Positions 1-8,439 are shown, counted from the stretch's first letter. The stretch: 22,556 nt of DNA from Pseudomonadota bacterium (GCA_043818055.1 JBDRGF010000023.1:1-22556); one strand, 5' to 3'. Translations and numbers: made by a program. Notes: generated by a model not told the origin, from the letters alone.

Positions 1-63
1 TTTGATTCACTTGGACTCGTATCACTGCTAAAAGAGGTTTGTTGTTCTAGAACGATTACATGA
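1..63 (+). CDS. C-terminal end (partial) of group II intron-encoded reverse transcriptase/maturase
   Basis: Frame 1 reads FDSLGLVSLLKEVCCSRTIT* (TGA 61-63). The F-x-x-LGL-x-SL ending is typical of the maturase C-terminus of bacterial class C intron proteins, and the stop abuts domain V. Confidence 0.8.
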   Translation, partial: FDSLGLVSLLKEVCCSRTIT

Positions 64-141
64 ACCGCCGTATACGGAACCGTATGTACGGTGGTGTGAG
101 AGGTCGGAGGGTCTATCACCTAGACCCTCCTCCTACTCGAT
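1..141 (+). mobile_element. 3' end of a group IIC (class C) intron: domains V and VI and 3' splice site
   Basis: DV at 64-95 is ACCGCCGUA-UACG-GAAC-CGUA-UG-UACGGUGGU: a 32-nt short DV with CGC triad (66-68), GAAC loop and 2-nt bulge. DVI: GAGAGG (98-103) pairs with CCU-A-CUC (132-138) leaving bulged A135; upper stem GGAGGGUCUA (106-115)/UAGACCCUCC (121-130). The intron ends ...CUCGAU at 141. Confidence 0.93.
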
Positions 142-185
142 GTCCACTTGCCATATCCGATCTATTCTGCTAGGGACGTCACACT

Positions 186-1190
186 ATGATAATAGGACTC
201 ACAGGAAAAAATTGTTCGGGAAAGGGTGAAGTTGCTAGTTTTCTTACTCAGGCTGGATATGAGTATTTTTCCCTCTCCGATATCCTTCGCGAGGAGATAG
301 AGAAGAGTGGAAAAAAGGTCACCCGCGACAACCTGATCGAGACGGGCAATCAGCTTCGTTCGAAGTTGGGCTCAGGCGCCCTTGCCGAGATCGTATTGCA
401 GAAATTATCCCCTGAGATGCACGCCGTCGTCGATTCGATTCGCAATCCATTTGAAGTGGAGGCGCTCAGGAGATTGAAAAATTTCTACCTGCTCTCCATC
501 GAGAGCGACCCTCAAGTCAGATTTGAGAGGATGAAGGTCAGAAGCCGAGAGAGCGATCCCAAGACCTACGACGAATTTCTTAAATATGAAGCGAAAGAGG
601 CATCGACAGATGATCCATCGACGCAGCAGCTCGACAGAACTGCGAAGATGGCGGATGCAGTGATATCGAACGAATTCACCAGGAGCGATCTTCATGACAA
701 GGTGCGCGAAGTTGTGCTGACGATGGCCCTCTCTAAAAAACGCCCCGGGTGGGATGATTATTTCATGGAGATAGCCAGGGTTGTGAGTTTGAGGAGCAAC
801 TGCATCAAACGAAAGGTCGCTGCACTCATTGTGAAGGACAGGCGGATAATTTCTACCGGTTATAACGGCACACCGCGCGGCATTCGCAATTGTGATGAGG
901 GAGGGTGCCCGAGATGCAATCACTTCGGTGCTTCGGGCAAAGATCTTGGAGATTGTCTCTGCTCACACGCCGAGGAGAACGCTATAGTCCAGTCGGCATA
1001 TCATGGTGTATCGATTAAAGATACGACGATGTATTGTACATTCTCTCCCTGTCTCACATGCACGAAGATGATCATAAATTCAGGCATCAAAGAGGTCGTT
1101 TACAACCAGACCTACATTATGAATGATATACCAAAGCGCTTGTTTGAAGAGGCGGGAATAGAGATCCGCCAGCACAAGTTGTCCGTTTGA
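186..1190 (+). CDS. Fusion: P-loop nucleotide kinase-like domain (dephospho-CoA/NMP kinase-like) + dCMP deaminase (ComEB/DCD family)
   Basis: N-terminal IIGLTGKNCSGKG Walker A and DSIRNPFEV. C-terminal RPGWDDYFM...RSNC..RKVAALIV...STGYNG..., with zinc motifs HAEENAI and SPCLTC. Confidence 0.9.
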   Translation: MIIGLTGKNCSGKGEVASFLTQAGYEYFSLSDILREEIEKSGKKVTRDNLIETGNQLRSKLGSGALAEIVLQKLSPEMHAVVDSIRNPFEVEALRRLKNFYLLSIESDPQVRFERMKVRSRESDPKTYDEFLKYEAKEASTDDPSTQQLDRTAKMADAVISNEFTRSDLHDKVREVVLTMALSKKRPGWDDYFMEIARVVSLRSNCIKRKVAALIVKDRRIISTGYNGTPRGIRNCDEGGCPRCNHFGASGKDLGDCLCSHAEENAIVQSAYHGVSIKDTTMYCTFSPCLTCTKMIINSGIKEVVYNQTYIMNDIPKRLFEEAGIEIRQHKLSV

Positions 1191-1198
1191 TTGATTTT

Positions 1199-1262
1199 GT
1201 AGGGGCAGGTTTAAAACCTGCCCGAAATTTGGAAGATGGGTGGGTTTGAAACCCACCCCTAC
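1199..1262. repeat. GTAG-family REP doublet (REPIN/BIME-like)
   Basis: GTAG+GGGCAGGTTTAAAACCTGCCC (1199-1223) and an inverted partner at 1238-1262 (reverse complement GTAG+GGGTGGGTTTCAAACCCACCC). Each is a GTAG foot plus hairpin; the doublet starts 8 bp after the stop codon. Confidence 0.85.
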
Positions 1263-1294
1263 AAAAACTAGCACACGATATTAAGGGTTATATT

Positions 1295-1669
1295 ATGCCA
1301 ACAAAACCCTCTAAAAAACTCATCACCTTTAAAAATCCAAATCCCGAGAAGGATTATCTCATCGAGTGTGTCACGCCTGAATTCACGTGTCTCTGTCCTG
1401 TCACGGGACAGCCCGATTTTGCAACGATGGAGATCCGATATATCCCCGACAAACTCTGCGTTGAGCTCAAAAGTTTAAAAGTGTATTTGTGGAGCTATCG
1501 CAACGAAGGGGCCTACCACGAAGCAGTCACAAACAAAATTACGGATGATCTGGTGCAAGCCCTTCATCCGAGATGGCTCGAGGTGAAATCGATCTTTCTC
1601 GTCAGAGGTGGCATCACGACGACCGTCACCTGCCGTCATGGGGAGCGGTTGTCTCATACACTATCATAA
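1295..1669 (+). CDS. queF: NADPH-dependent 7-cyano-7-deazaguanine (preQ0) reductase, type I
   Basis: [16 protein letters not shown] (catalytic Cys/Asp), QueF motif [13 protein letters not shown], and RGGI; 124 aa. Confidence 0.95.
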   Translation: MPTKPSKKLITFKNPNPEKDYLIECVTPEFTCLCPVTGQPDFATMEIRYIPDKLCVELKSLKVYLWSYRNEGAYHEAVTNKITDDLVQALHPRWLEVKSIFLVRGGITTTVTCRHGERLSHTLS

Positions 1670-1677
1670 GTAACTCA

Positions 1678-1732
1678 TTGACTTATCTAGGTAATTTCTG
1701 TACTGTATTACAATAATTGCTTTACAATAATT
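1678..1732 (+). promoter_or_regulatory. Putative sigma70 promoter and direct-repeat operator of the AAA+ ATPase gene
   Basis: TTGACT (1678-1683)-17 bp-TACTGT (1701-1706). Exact direct repeat TTACAATAATT at 1708-1718 and 1722-1732; RBS AGGAG at 1737-1741. Confidence 0.55.
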
Positions 1733-1748
1733 CAATAGGAGTACAAGT

Positions 1749-2876
1749 ATGAAAAACCCATTCACTCTGGGAATTATTCATCCGGAAGATAATTTTTGTG
1801 ACAGGGAAAAAGAAACTTCGGAGCTGATGACATTTGCACGGGGGGGCACCAATGTGGTTTTATCATCTCCCCGGAGGTATGGAAAATCCTCTCTCATGAA
1901 GAGGGTGCAGGGAGAACTTGAAAAAGAAAATATCATTACGGCGTATGCGGATCTTTTTCCTATTTCTTCAGAAAAAGAACTCGTTGCCAAATTGGCCTCG
2001 GCAATATTTAAAGGAATTGGAAAAGGTGCCGATCCAAGATCGCTTGGGGAAAGAATAAAAGGCTTTTTTAAACTCTTCACTCCTTCTATCGATATTAACC
2101 CCGATGGATATTCTATAACAGCAAAATTTGACAAGACTCCTCAGACGGAACTTCTTATTGAAGATGTCCTTGAAGGACTGCATAGATACGTTAAAAATTA
2201 TAAGTTGGTTGCATGCATCGTTCTGGATGAATTTCAGGAAATAACGGAACTTCCCGAAGCAAAAAAAATTGAAGGAACGCTCAGATCATATATGCAGCAC
2301 CATGGTGAAATTTCGTATTTTTTTGTGGGAAGTCGCAGACGCATTCTATCGGACATGTTCAATGACAAACGAAGGCCTTTTTATAAAAGTTCAGTATTCT
2401 ATACCCTGGACAAAATTGCCGAGATAGATTTTAGTGCATATATCTCCGATCTCTTTGAAAAGACCGGTAAACGCTGCTCCCTGGAAAATGCGACATTGAT
2501 TTATAATAAGGTTGAAGGTTATCCCTACTATGTTCAGAAATTATCTTTATTCGCATGGAACGCCACAGATAAGGAATGCAGCGACAGAATCATCGAAGAG
2601 GCCTTTGAACGCATGCTTGAGGCGGAAGCGGTTGAGTTTGAGGGCCTTTGGGATGGTTTTACGCTAAGCCAGAAAATTTTGCTAAAAGCTATCTCTATTG
2701 AACCGACCTTGACACCGTACTCAAGGGAATACATGGAAAGACATCAATTATCGGTGGGAGGAACTCAAAGCTCTGTCAAGATTCTAACGAAAAGGGATAT
2801 GATAGAAAAGGGAAAGGATAAGATCTTTTGCCTCACAGATCCAATTCTCGCAAAATGGTTGAGAGGACAAAGATAA
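1749..2876 (+). CDS. AAA+ ATPase of the 'archaeal ATPase' (ATPase_2) family with C-terminal winged-helix domain
   Basis: MKNPF start, FCDREKE, Walker A SPRRYGKSS, Walker B LDEFQEI, FVGS sensor, GYPYYVQ, and a C-terminal wHTH-like segment ending LTDPILAKWL. Confidence 0.85.
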   Translation: MKNPFTLGIIHPEDNFCDREKETSELMTFARGGTNVVLSSPRRYGKSSLMKRVQGELEKENIITAYADLFPISSEKELVAKLASAIFKGIGKGADPRSLGERIKGFFKLFTPSIDINPDGYSITAKFDKTPQTELLIEDVLEGLHRYVKNYKLVACIVLDEFQEITELPEAKKIEGTLRSYMQHHGEISYFFVGSRRRILSDMFNDKRRPFYKSSVFYTLDKIAEIDFSAYISDLFEKTGKRCSLENATLIYNKVEGYPYYVQKLSLFAWNATDKECSDRIIEEAFERMLEAEAVEFEGLWDGFTLSQKILLKAISIEPTLTPYSREYMERHQLSVGGTQSSVKILTKRDMIEKGKDKIFCLTDPILAKWLRGQR

Positions 2877-2879
2877 CCG

Positions 2880-3695
2880 ATGAGAAAAAAAATATGTTTA
2901 ACAATACTATTTATTCTATTCGGAAGTCTTGCCTTTGCTGATGCTCCCAAAAGAATCGTCTCACTAAAACCAAACATCACATCTATTATATATGCGCTTG
3001 GAGCCGAGGATAGATTAGTCGGTGTTACCACTTTTTGTGACAGGCCAGAGGCGGCAAAGAAACTTCCGAAGGTGGCGGATTACACAAAGCCATTCTTAGA
3101 GAGGCTCATCGCTGCTAAGCCCGATCTTGTGATCGGATCAAAGGAGCAGAGTTCGAAGCGGGCATATGGAAGCATAGAGAGTCTGGGAGTGCATGTTGGC
3201 CTTTTTGATTTTGGAAACCTGGACCAGACGCTCTCTTCAATCGAAAAGATAGCCGGGCTTATAGGAGAGAAAAAGAAGGGAAAGAGTATCGTTGAAGGGA
3301 TGACAAGATCGTTTGATAAAATCCGTGCGAGATATAAGGGCTCTGAGAAAAAAAAGGTGCTCATCGTCTGGGGGTATCGTCCGCTGGTAATAGCTGGCAG
3401 GGGAAACTTCATGGACGAAATCCTTGCTATGCTGGACGCTGTGAATGTAGGCGCAAAGAGCGGTTCGGCTTATCCACATTGGAGCATCGAGGAGGTGATA
3501 ACCGCCGATCCCGATGTGATAATAGACCTCTCCCGCGGGATGGGGGGTGAGGGCTCTTATGACTGGAAGAGTCTGAATGTCATCTCTGCTGTTAAATCGA
3601 ACAGGGTCTTCAATCTTGACGCCAGCGATTTTCAAATGTCACCCAACATCACGGGCAGCGTGGAGAGGCTTGGAAAGTTGATTCATGGGGAATAA
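2880..3695 (+). CDS. Periplasmic binding protein, cobalamin/Fe-complex ABC transporter (BtuF-like)
   Basis: Signal peptide ending AFA, then RIVSLKPNITSIIYALG..RLVGVTTFCDRP, ERLIAAKPDLV and SIEEVITADPDVII (TroA/BtuF helical-backbone family). Confidence 0.88.
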   Translation: MRKKICLTILFILFGSLAFADAPKRIVSLKPNITSIIYALGAEDRLVGVTTFCDRPEAAKKLPKVADYTKPFLERLIAAKPDLVIGSKEQSSKRAYGSIESLGVHVGLFDFGNLDQTLSSIEKIAGLIGEKKKGKSIVEGMTRSFDKIRARYKGSEKKKVLIVWGYRPLVIAGRGNFMDEILAMLDAVNVGAKSGSAYPHWSIEEVITADPDVIIDLSRGMGGEGSYDWKSLNVISAVKSNRVFNLDASDFQMSPNITGSVERLGKLIHGE

Positions 3696-3801
3696 AATGC
3701 TTTTGATGAAAGAAGCGATTGATCAGTGGAGATTCTGGTTGTTAAAATAACTGCTATATGAAAAGCTCGTACTGCATTCGTTTAATAAGGGTAATGGGTA
3801 T

Positions 3802-3830
3802 TTGAAGTCGGTGTTAAATATTGGTAAAAT
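3802..3830 (+). promoter_or_regulatory. Putative sigma70 promoter of the AAA_21/DUF4276 pair
   Basis: TTGAAG (3802-3807)-17 bp-TAAAAT (3825-3830) with extended -10 TG (3822-3823); GGAGGAG RBS before ATG 3852. Confidence 0.65.
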
Positions 3831-3851
3831 GGAGAGCAATGGAGGAGAGAT

Positions 3852-4940
3852 ATGTTGAATTATTTTAGTGTCGCTGGTTTTAAATCAATAAGGGAATTAA
3901 AAGATTTTAAATTGTCGAACTTGAATATCCTGATTGGGGCAAACGGTTCAGGGAAAAGCAATTTTGTATCATTGTTCAAAATGCTAAATTCAATTATTGA
4001 AAGCCAACTTCAAATATACGTTGGAGTGAGCGGTGGAGCTGATAATATTCTATATTTTGGGCATAAGCAGACCGACAAGATTGAGCTTGATTTGAGGTTT
4101 GGTAATAATGGCTATAGATGTTCGTTGATTCCCGCGGAAGGCGATGCGCTTGTTTTTGAAGAAGAGGTTGGTTTGTTCCACAATAAAGCTTCTTTTTCCG
4201 AGCCTTATCAGCATTCAATGGGCGGTGGACATAAGGAATCTCTTATTCAGAAAATGACTGAAGATAGCAAAATCGAACGATTTGTTCTGGATGAAATGAG
4301 CAGTTGGAAAATTTATCATTTTCACGACACGAGCGATTCTTCAAAGATGAAAAAGACATGCGACTTGCACGACAATGCTTTTTTTAGAGCCGATGCATCG
4401 AATTTAGCCTCATATCTTTATTTTTTAAGAAAAAAACATGAGTATGAATATAAAATGATCGTTGATACGATTCGACTTGTAGCTCCATTTTTTGATGACT
4501 TTCAATTAAGGCCTTCCCCATTTAATGAAAAATCGATTCAGCTGGAGTGGAAACATAAAAATTCAGATTCATATTTTAGCGCAAATTCTCTATCTGACGG
4601 AACATTGCGTTTTATATGCCTTGCAGTTCTTCTCCTGCAACCGCCTGATAAGTTGCCAAGGACAGTTTTGTTGGATGAACCTGAACTCGGTTTGCATCCG
4701 TATGCCATTGCCGTCCTTGCCGGCATGTTGCGTGCGGCAGCAAACAAGACTCAGGTAATCCTTGCAACGCAGTCTGTAACCCTGATCAATCAATCTGAAC
4801 CTGAGGATATAATAGTGACAGATCGTAAGAATGGTGAATCTCTATTTCATCGTTTAGAACGAAGTGAAATGGTAAATTGGCTGGAAAATTACGGTCTCGG
4901 AGAGCTTTGGGAAAAAAATATTTTTGGAGGGAGACCCTAA
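3852..4940 (+). CDS. ABC-fold ATPase, AAA_21/AAA_15 ('SMC-like', AbiEii-related) family
   Basis: GFKSI, Walker A GANGSGKSN, YHFHDT, signature LSDGTLRF, Walker B LLDEPELGLHP, ATQS, and C-terminal LGELWEKNIFGGRP. Confidence 0.9.
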   Translation: MLNYFSVAGFKSIRELKDFKLSNLNILIGANGSGKSNFVSLFKMLNSIIESQLQIYVGVSGGADNILYFGHKQTDKIELDLRFGNNGYRCSLIPAEGDALVFEEEVGLFHNKASFSEPYQHSMGGGHKESLIQKMTEDSKIERFVLDEMSSWKIYHFHDTSDSSKMKKTCDLHDNAFFRADASNLASYLYFLRKKHEYEYKMIVDTIRLVAPFFDDFQLRPSPFNEKSIQLEWKHKNSDSYFSANSLSDGTLRFICLAVLLLQPPDKLPRTVLLDEPELGLHPYAIAVLAGMLRAAANKTQVILATQSVTLINQSEPEDIIVTDRKNGESLFHRLERSEMVNWLENYGLGELWEKNIFGGRP

Positions 4941-5606
4941 ATGGCAACAAAGATATTGATGTTGGTTGAAGGACAAACGGAGGAGAAGTTTATAAAGGAT
5001 GTCCTTCTGCCTTATTTTGAGGATGTCGGCACAAGTCTGATTCCAAAAATTATTACAACAAAAAAGGTGAAGAGTGGATATGAATTTAAGGGAGGTGTTA
5101 CATCATATTCAAAGATGAGGAATGAAATTTTAGAATTGCTAAATGATTCAAGTGCAAAACTTGTTACAACAATGATCGATTATTATGGTTTACCAAAAGA
5201 TTTTCCCGGCAATGATCAGGACAACTTGAAAGATTGCTATAAAAGGGTCGCATTTTTGGAAAAGAAATTTAAGGAAGATATAAACAACTCCAGGTTTTTG
5301 CCTTACCTGCAGTTGCATGAATTTGAGGGGTTATTATTTTCTTCTCCCCGAGGCATGGCCGAAGTTTTGGGAAATCAAAAACTCGAGGAGAAGTTTGGAG
5401 AGATCAAATATAAGTTTAAAAACCCAGAAGAGATAAATGACAATCCAACGACGTGCCCGAGTAGGAGAATTAAAAATATATTTCAAAGTTATGAAAAGGT
5501 TTTGCATGGAAGCCTAATTATTAAGAAGATAGGTTTAGATGCGATTATAAATGAATGTCCTCATTTTAAGGAATGGTTTGATTCTCTTAAAATCGTTAAT
5601 GGATGA
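4941..5606 (+). CDS. DUF4276-family protein (TOPRIM-like putative nuclease)
   Basis: LVEGQTEEKF, KGG, TTMIDYYGLP, PYLQLHEFEGLLFS, PEEIND...PSRRI and CPHFKEW. Start directly abuts the ATPase stop (TAAATG). Confidence 0.85.
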   Translation: MATKILMLVEGQTEEKFIKDVLLPYFEDVGTSLIPKIITTKKVKSGYEFKGGVTSYSKMRNEILELLNDSSAKLVTTMIDYYGLPKDFPGNDQDNLKDCYKRVAFLEKKFKEDINNSRFLPYLQLHEFEGLLFSSPRGMAEVLGNQKLEEKFGEIKYKFKNPEEINDNPTTCPSRRIKNIFQSYEKVLHGSLIIKKIGLDAIINECPHFKEWFDSLKIVNG

Positions 5607-5685
5607 TGATTGCTAAATCCAAATTCAAATGAACAGGAATGGCTTGTAGCTCCGTCTCGGTATGTTTTTAGATCGACCTTTTAAT

Positions 5686-6687
5686 ATGGTTGCTTACCTC
5701 ACAAAAAAACGCTGGGTCGTCACTCTGTTGCTCATGTTCGCGGTTCTCTGCGTGACGATGCTCCTCTGCGTCAACATTGGTTCTGAAAAGATCAGCATAT
5801 GGGGCGCGATAGATAATTCCGATCCGCTCTCTCACGCGATCTTTTTTTCATCTCGCTTGCCGCGCCTTCTCCTCGCCCTCTTCGTCGGCATGGCTTTAGC
5901 CTCAGCCGGTGGGGCTTATCAGGCGATGCTCCACAACCCATTAGCAGATCCATTCATCTTAGGAATCTCAGGCGGGGCGGCGCTGGGGAGCGTTCTTGCG
6001 GTGGCACTCAAACTTGCATTCGGCTGGGTCTCGGCGCTCGCCTTCGTAGGGTCACTCGTCGCAATGGTTGTGATTTTTTTCATAACGAGGAAAAACGGCA
6101 GACTTCATCCGCACACGCTTCTGCTCACAGGTGTGATATTCAACGCCTTCTCGTTCGCGCTTATCCTCTTTATCAACGCTATAGTCACGATGGAGCAGGC
6201 CTATCAGATACTATTTCTCCTCATGGGAAATCTCGAAGCGCTCGATTACACGACCATAGCTATTGTTGGAGCCTTTGTGCTTGTCGGCTTCGCAACGCTC
6301 ACTCTCATGTCGGGGAGAATCAATATACTAACGCTCGGCGACAACGAGGCACATAATTTAGGGGTCGATGTCGAAAGGGTGAGAGCGATAACATTCATAG
6401 CATCATCGCTCATGGTTGGTGCGGCGGTCGCCGCGTGCGGGCTCATCGGTTTTGTGGGTCTTTTCATCCCACACGCCGTTCGCATGATCTTCGGCGCCGA
6501 CAACAGGCTCCTGATCCCCGCCTCCGGCATATTAGGTGCGGCATTTCTGATCCTTGCCGACACGCTCGCCCGGACGGTGCTCATGCACAGCGGCTATTCA
6601 ACGCTTTTGCCGGTCGGCGTAATCACTGCCCTGATCGGAGGACCGGTCTTTGCTATACTTTTAAAGAGGAGGGAGTCTAAAGCATGA
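5686..6687 (+). CDS. ABC transporter permease, FecCD/BtuC family
   Basis: Multiple TM helices; RLPRLLLA, HNPLADPFILGISGGA, LGDNEAHNLGVD, IGFVGLFIPH and LPVGVITALIGGP. Start could be 5662 or 5686. Confidence 0.93.
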   Translation: MVAYLTKKRWVVTLLLMFAVLCVTMLLCVNIGSEKISIWGAIDNSDPLSHAIFFSSRLPRLLLALFVGMALASAGGAYQAMLHNPLADPFILGISGGAALGSVLAVALKLAFGWVSALAFVGSLVAMVVIFFITRKNGRLHPHTLLLTGVIFNAFSFALILFINAIVTMEQAYQILFLLMGNLEALDYTTIAIVGAFVLVGFATLTLMSGRINILTLGDNEAHNLGVDVERVRAITFIASSLMVGAAVAACGLIGFVGLFIPHAVRMIFGADNRLLIPASGILGAAFLILADTLARTVLMHSGYSTLLPVGVITALIGGPVFAILLKRRESKA

Positions 6688-7454
6688 TAAAGCTTGAAAA
6701 CATCTCCTTCTCATACGATCGAACCTCTCTTATCGCCGACCTCTCCTGTGAGATAAACAGGGGGGAGTTTGTCGGCATCATCGGTCCGAACGGTTCTGGC
6801 AAGACCACACTCATAAAACTCGTATGCGGATTGCTGAAAGCAGGGTCAGGAAATGTCTATCTCGACGGCAAGAATATCTCAGATTATTCCTACAGGAAGA
6901 GGGCCAGATTGATATCAGTTGTGCCGCAGGAGGCTAACATCCCGTTCAGTTTTTCGGTCAAGGAGGTGGTGCTCATGGGAAGGGCATCATACATGAGCGC
7001 CTTATCATTTGAAGATAGAAGCGATTTGGCGATCTGTGAACGTGTGATGGAGATGACTAAAATATCGCATTTGAGCAATAGATCGATTCACGAGATATCG
7101 GGAGGGGAGAGGCAGCGTGTGGTGCTGGCTCGTGCCCTTGCGCAGGAGGCTGAAATTATCATCCTCGACGAGCCGACGAACTTTCTCGATCTCAAACATC
7201 AGGTGAGCATCTATCAGCTTTTGACCCGCCTCAATATTGAGGCTAAAAAGACGATCATCGCTGTACAGCACGACATAAATTTAGCTGCCATCTATTGTAA
7301 GAGAATTTTAATATTGAAGGATGGAGGTCTCATATCTGATGGTACCCCTAACGATACGATCACATATGCCAATATCAAAAGGGCGTTCGATGCCGAGACC
7401 TACGTCGGCGTCAACGAATTTACCGGCATTCCATATTATATCCCGTATAAGTGA
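6684..7454 (+). CDS. ABC transporter ATP-binding protein, FepC/BtuD family
   Basis: GPNGSGKTT, ISGGERQRV, ILDEPTNFLD and HDINLA; ATGA overlap with the permease. Confidence 0.95.
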   Translation: MIKLENISFSYDRTSLIADLSCEINRGEFVGIIGPNGSGKTTLIKLVCGLLKAGSGNVYLDGKNISDYSYRKRARLISVVPQEANIPFSFSVKEVVLMGRASYMSALSFEDRSDLAICERVMEMTKISHLSNRSIHEISGGERQRVVLARALAQEAEIIILDEPTNFLDLKHQVSIYQLLTRLNIEAKKTIIAVQHDINLAAIYCKRILILKDGGLISDGTPNDTITYANIKRAFDAETYVGVNEFTGIPYYIPYK

Positions 7455-7456
7455 TT

Positions 7457-7518
7457 TTTTTTCAACATTGGGTGTTGAAAAAAGGAAAAATAGTATTGCC
7501 AGCTTATTCCAGCTGGCA
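7457..7518. terminator. Two hairpins between the ABC operon and galU (possible terminator/operator)
   Basis: TTTTTTCAACA (7457-7467)/TGTTGAAAAAA (7473-7483) and TGCCAGCT (7497-7504)/AGCTGGCA (7511-7518). No + strand U-tract after either hairpin, so the function is uncertain. Confidence 0.35.
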
Positions 7519-7556
7519 TAAGTAATATGGCCAATCAACTTAAGGAGGGATTTGAG

Positions 7557-8429
7557 ATGTCGAAAGTTAGAAAAACCGTTATTCCGGTCGCAGGTTTGGG
7601 GACGCGTTTTCTCCCTGTTACAAAGACGAGCCCAAAGGAGCTTCTGCCGATAGGCACGACTCCAACTTTGCAGTTTGTGATCGAGGAGGCCGCCGACTCT
7701 GGCATAGAGGAGATAATCCTTGTCACCAATCCGAGAAAATTCCAGATAACAGAATATTTCAGGCTTGGGGGTGAGTACGAGGAGGCGCTGAAAAAATTGG
7801 GTAAGCTTAAAATGCTCGATTCCCTTCACGCGCTGTTGAAGCGTGTGAAAATAATAGAGGCGATACAGGATGCCCCACACGGGTTAGGCCATGCTATTCA
7901 TTGTGCAAAAAAAGCAGTGAATGGTGAACCCTTTGTGATCCAGCTTCCCGATGAGATATATGATTCATCCACACCCTGTGTAAGGCAGCTCATAGATGTC
8001 TATGAGAAGATGGGGTCATCGGTCAATGCGACCGCCCATTCTCCGCGCGAGGAGATACAGCTGTATGGAATTCACAATATCGCAAGCTCTGAGGGGGGGC
8101 TTCATAAGTCGAAAGGGGTCGTCGAGAAGCCGCATCCCGACGAAGCCCCTTCCGATCTCTGTGTCGCCGGACGTTACCTTTTCACACCCGATATCTTCGA
8201 AGTGATCGAAAATACACCCCCGGGCGCGAATGGTGAGATCCAGCTTGCCGATGCGATGAACACTATCGCAAAAGAGGGAAATCTATACGCCTACGAGTTC
8301 GAAGGGAAACGCTTCGACACGGGCGATAAACTGGGATATATAAAGGCCAACATCCATTTTGGTTTCCGCGATTTTCCGAATGAGCTGAAATCATTTATTA
8401 CAAACGCCGACAATGGGTATCTAAGCTAA
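7557..8429 (+). CDS. galU: UTP--glucose-1-phosphate uridylyltransferase
   Basis: VIPVAGLGTRFLPVTKTSPKELLP, GLGHAIHCA, VEKP, GEIQLADA and RFDTG. RBS AAGGAGG favours ATG 7557 over the ORF-track start 7527. Confidence 0.93.
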   Translation: MSKVRKTVIPVAGLGTRFLPVTKTSPKELLPIGTTPTLQFVIEEAADSGIEEIILVTNPRKFQITEYFRLGGEYEEALKKLGKLKMLDSLHALLKRVKIIEAIQDAPHGLGHAIHCAKKAVNGEPFVIQLPDEIYDSSTPCVRQLIDVYEKMGSSVNATAHSPREEIQLYGIHNIASSEGGLHKSKGVVEKPHPDEAPSDLCVAGRYLFTPDIFEVIENTPPGANGEIQLADAMNTIAKEGNLYAYEFEGKRFDTGDKLGYIKANIHFGFRDFPNELKSFITNADNGYLS

Positions 8430-8439
8430 TCAGGAGCAT

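Noticed and set aside
1263..1294. Possible preQ1 riboswitch upstream of queF (AAAAACTAGCACAC)
   Set aside because: Only fragments resemble the preQ1-I consensus and they are in the wrong order. There is no P1 stem followed by an A-rich tail, and the upstream structure is explained by the REP doublet.
2820..2879. Cobalamin riboswitch or Fur box ahead of the btuF-like gene
   Set aside because: Only 3 bp separate it from the ATPase gene and no B12-box is visible there or at 3696-3851 or 5607-5685. The substrate (B12 vs iron complex) cannot be fixed, so btu gene symbols were withheld.
3696..5685. Integron cassette or IS-type boundaries around the AAA_21/DUF4276 pair
   Set aside because: No attC-like RYYYAAC...GTTRRRY palindrome, terminal inverted repeats or target-site duplication could be identified by eye.
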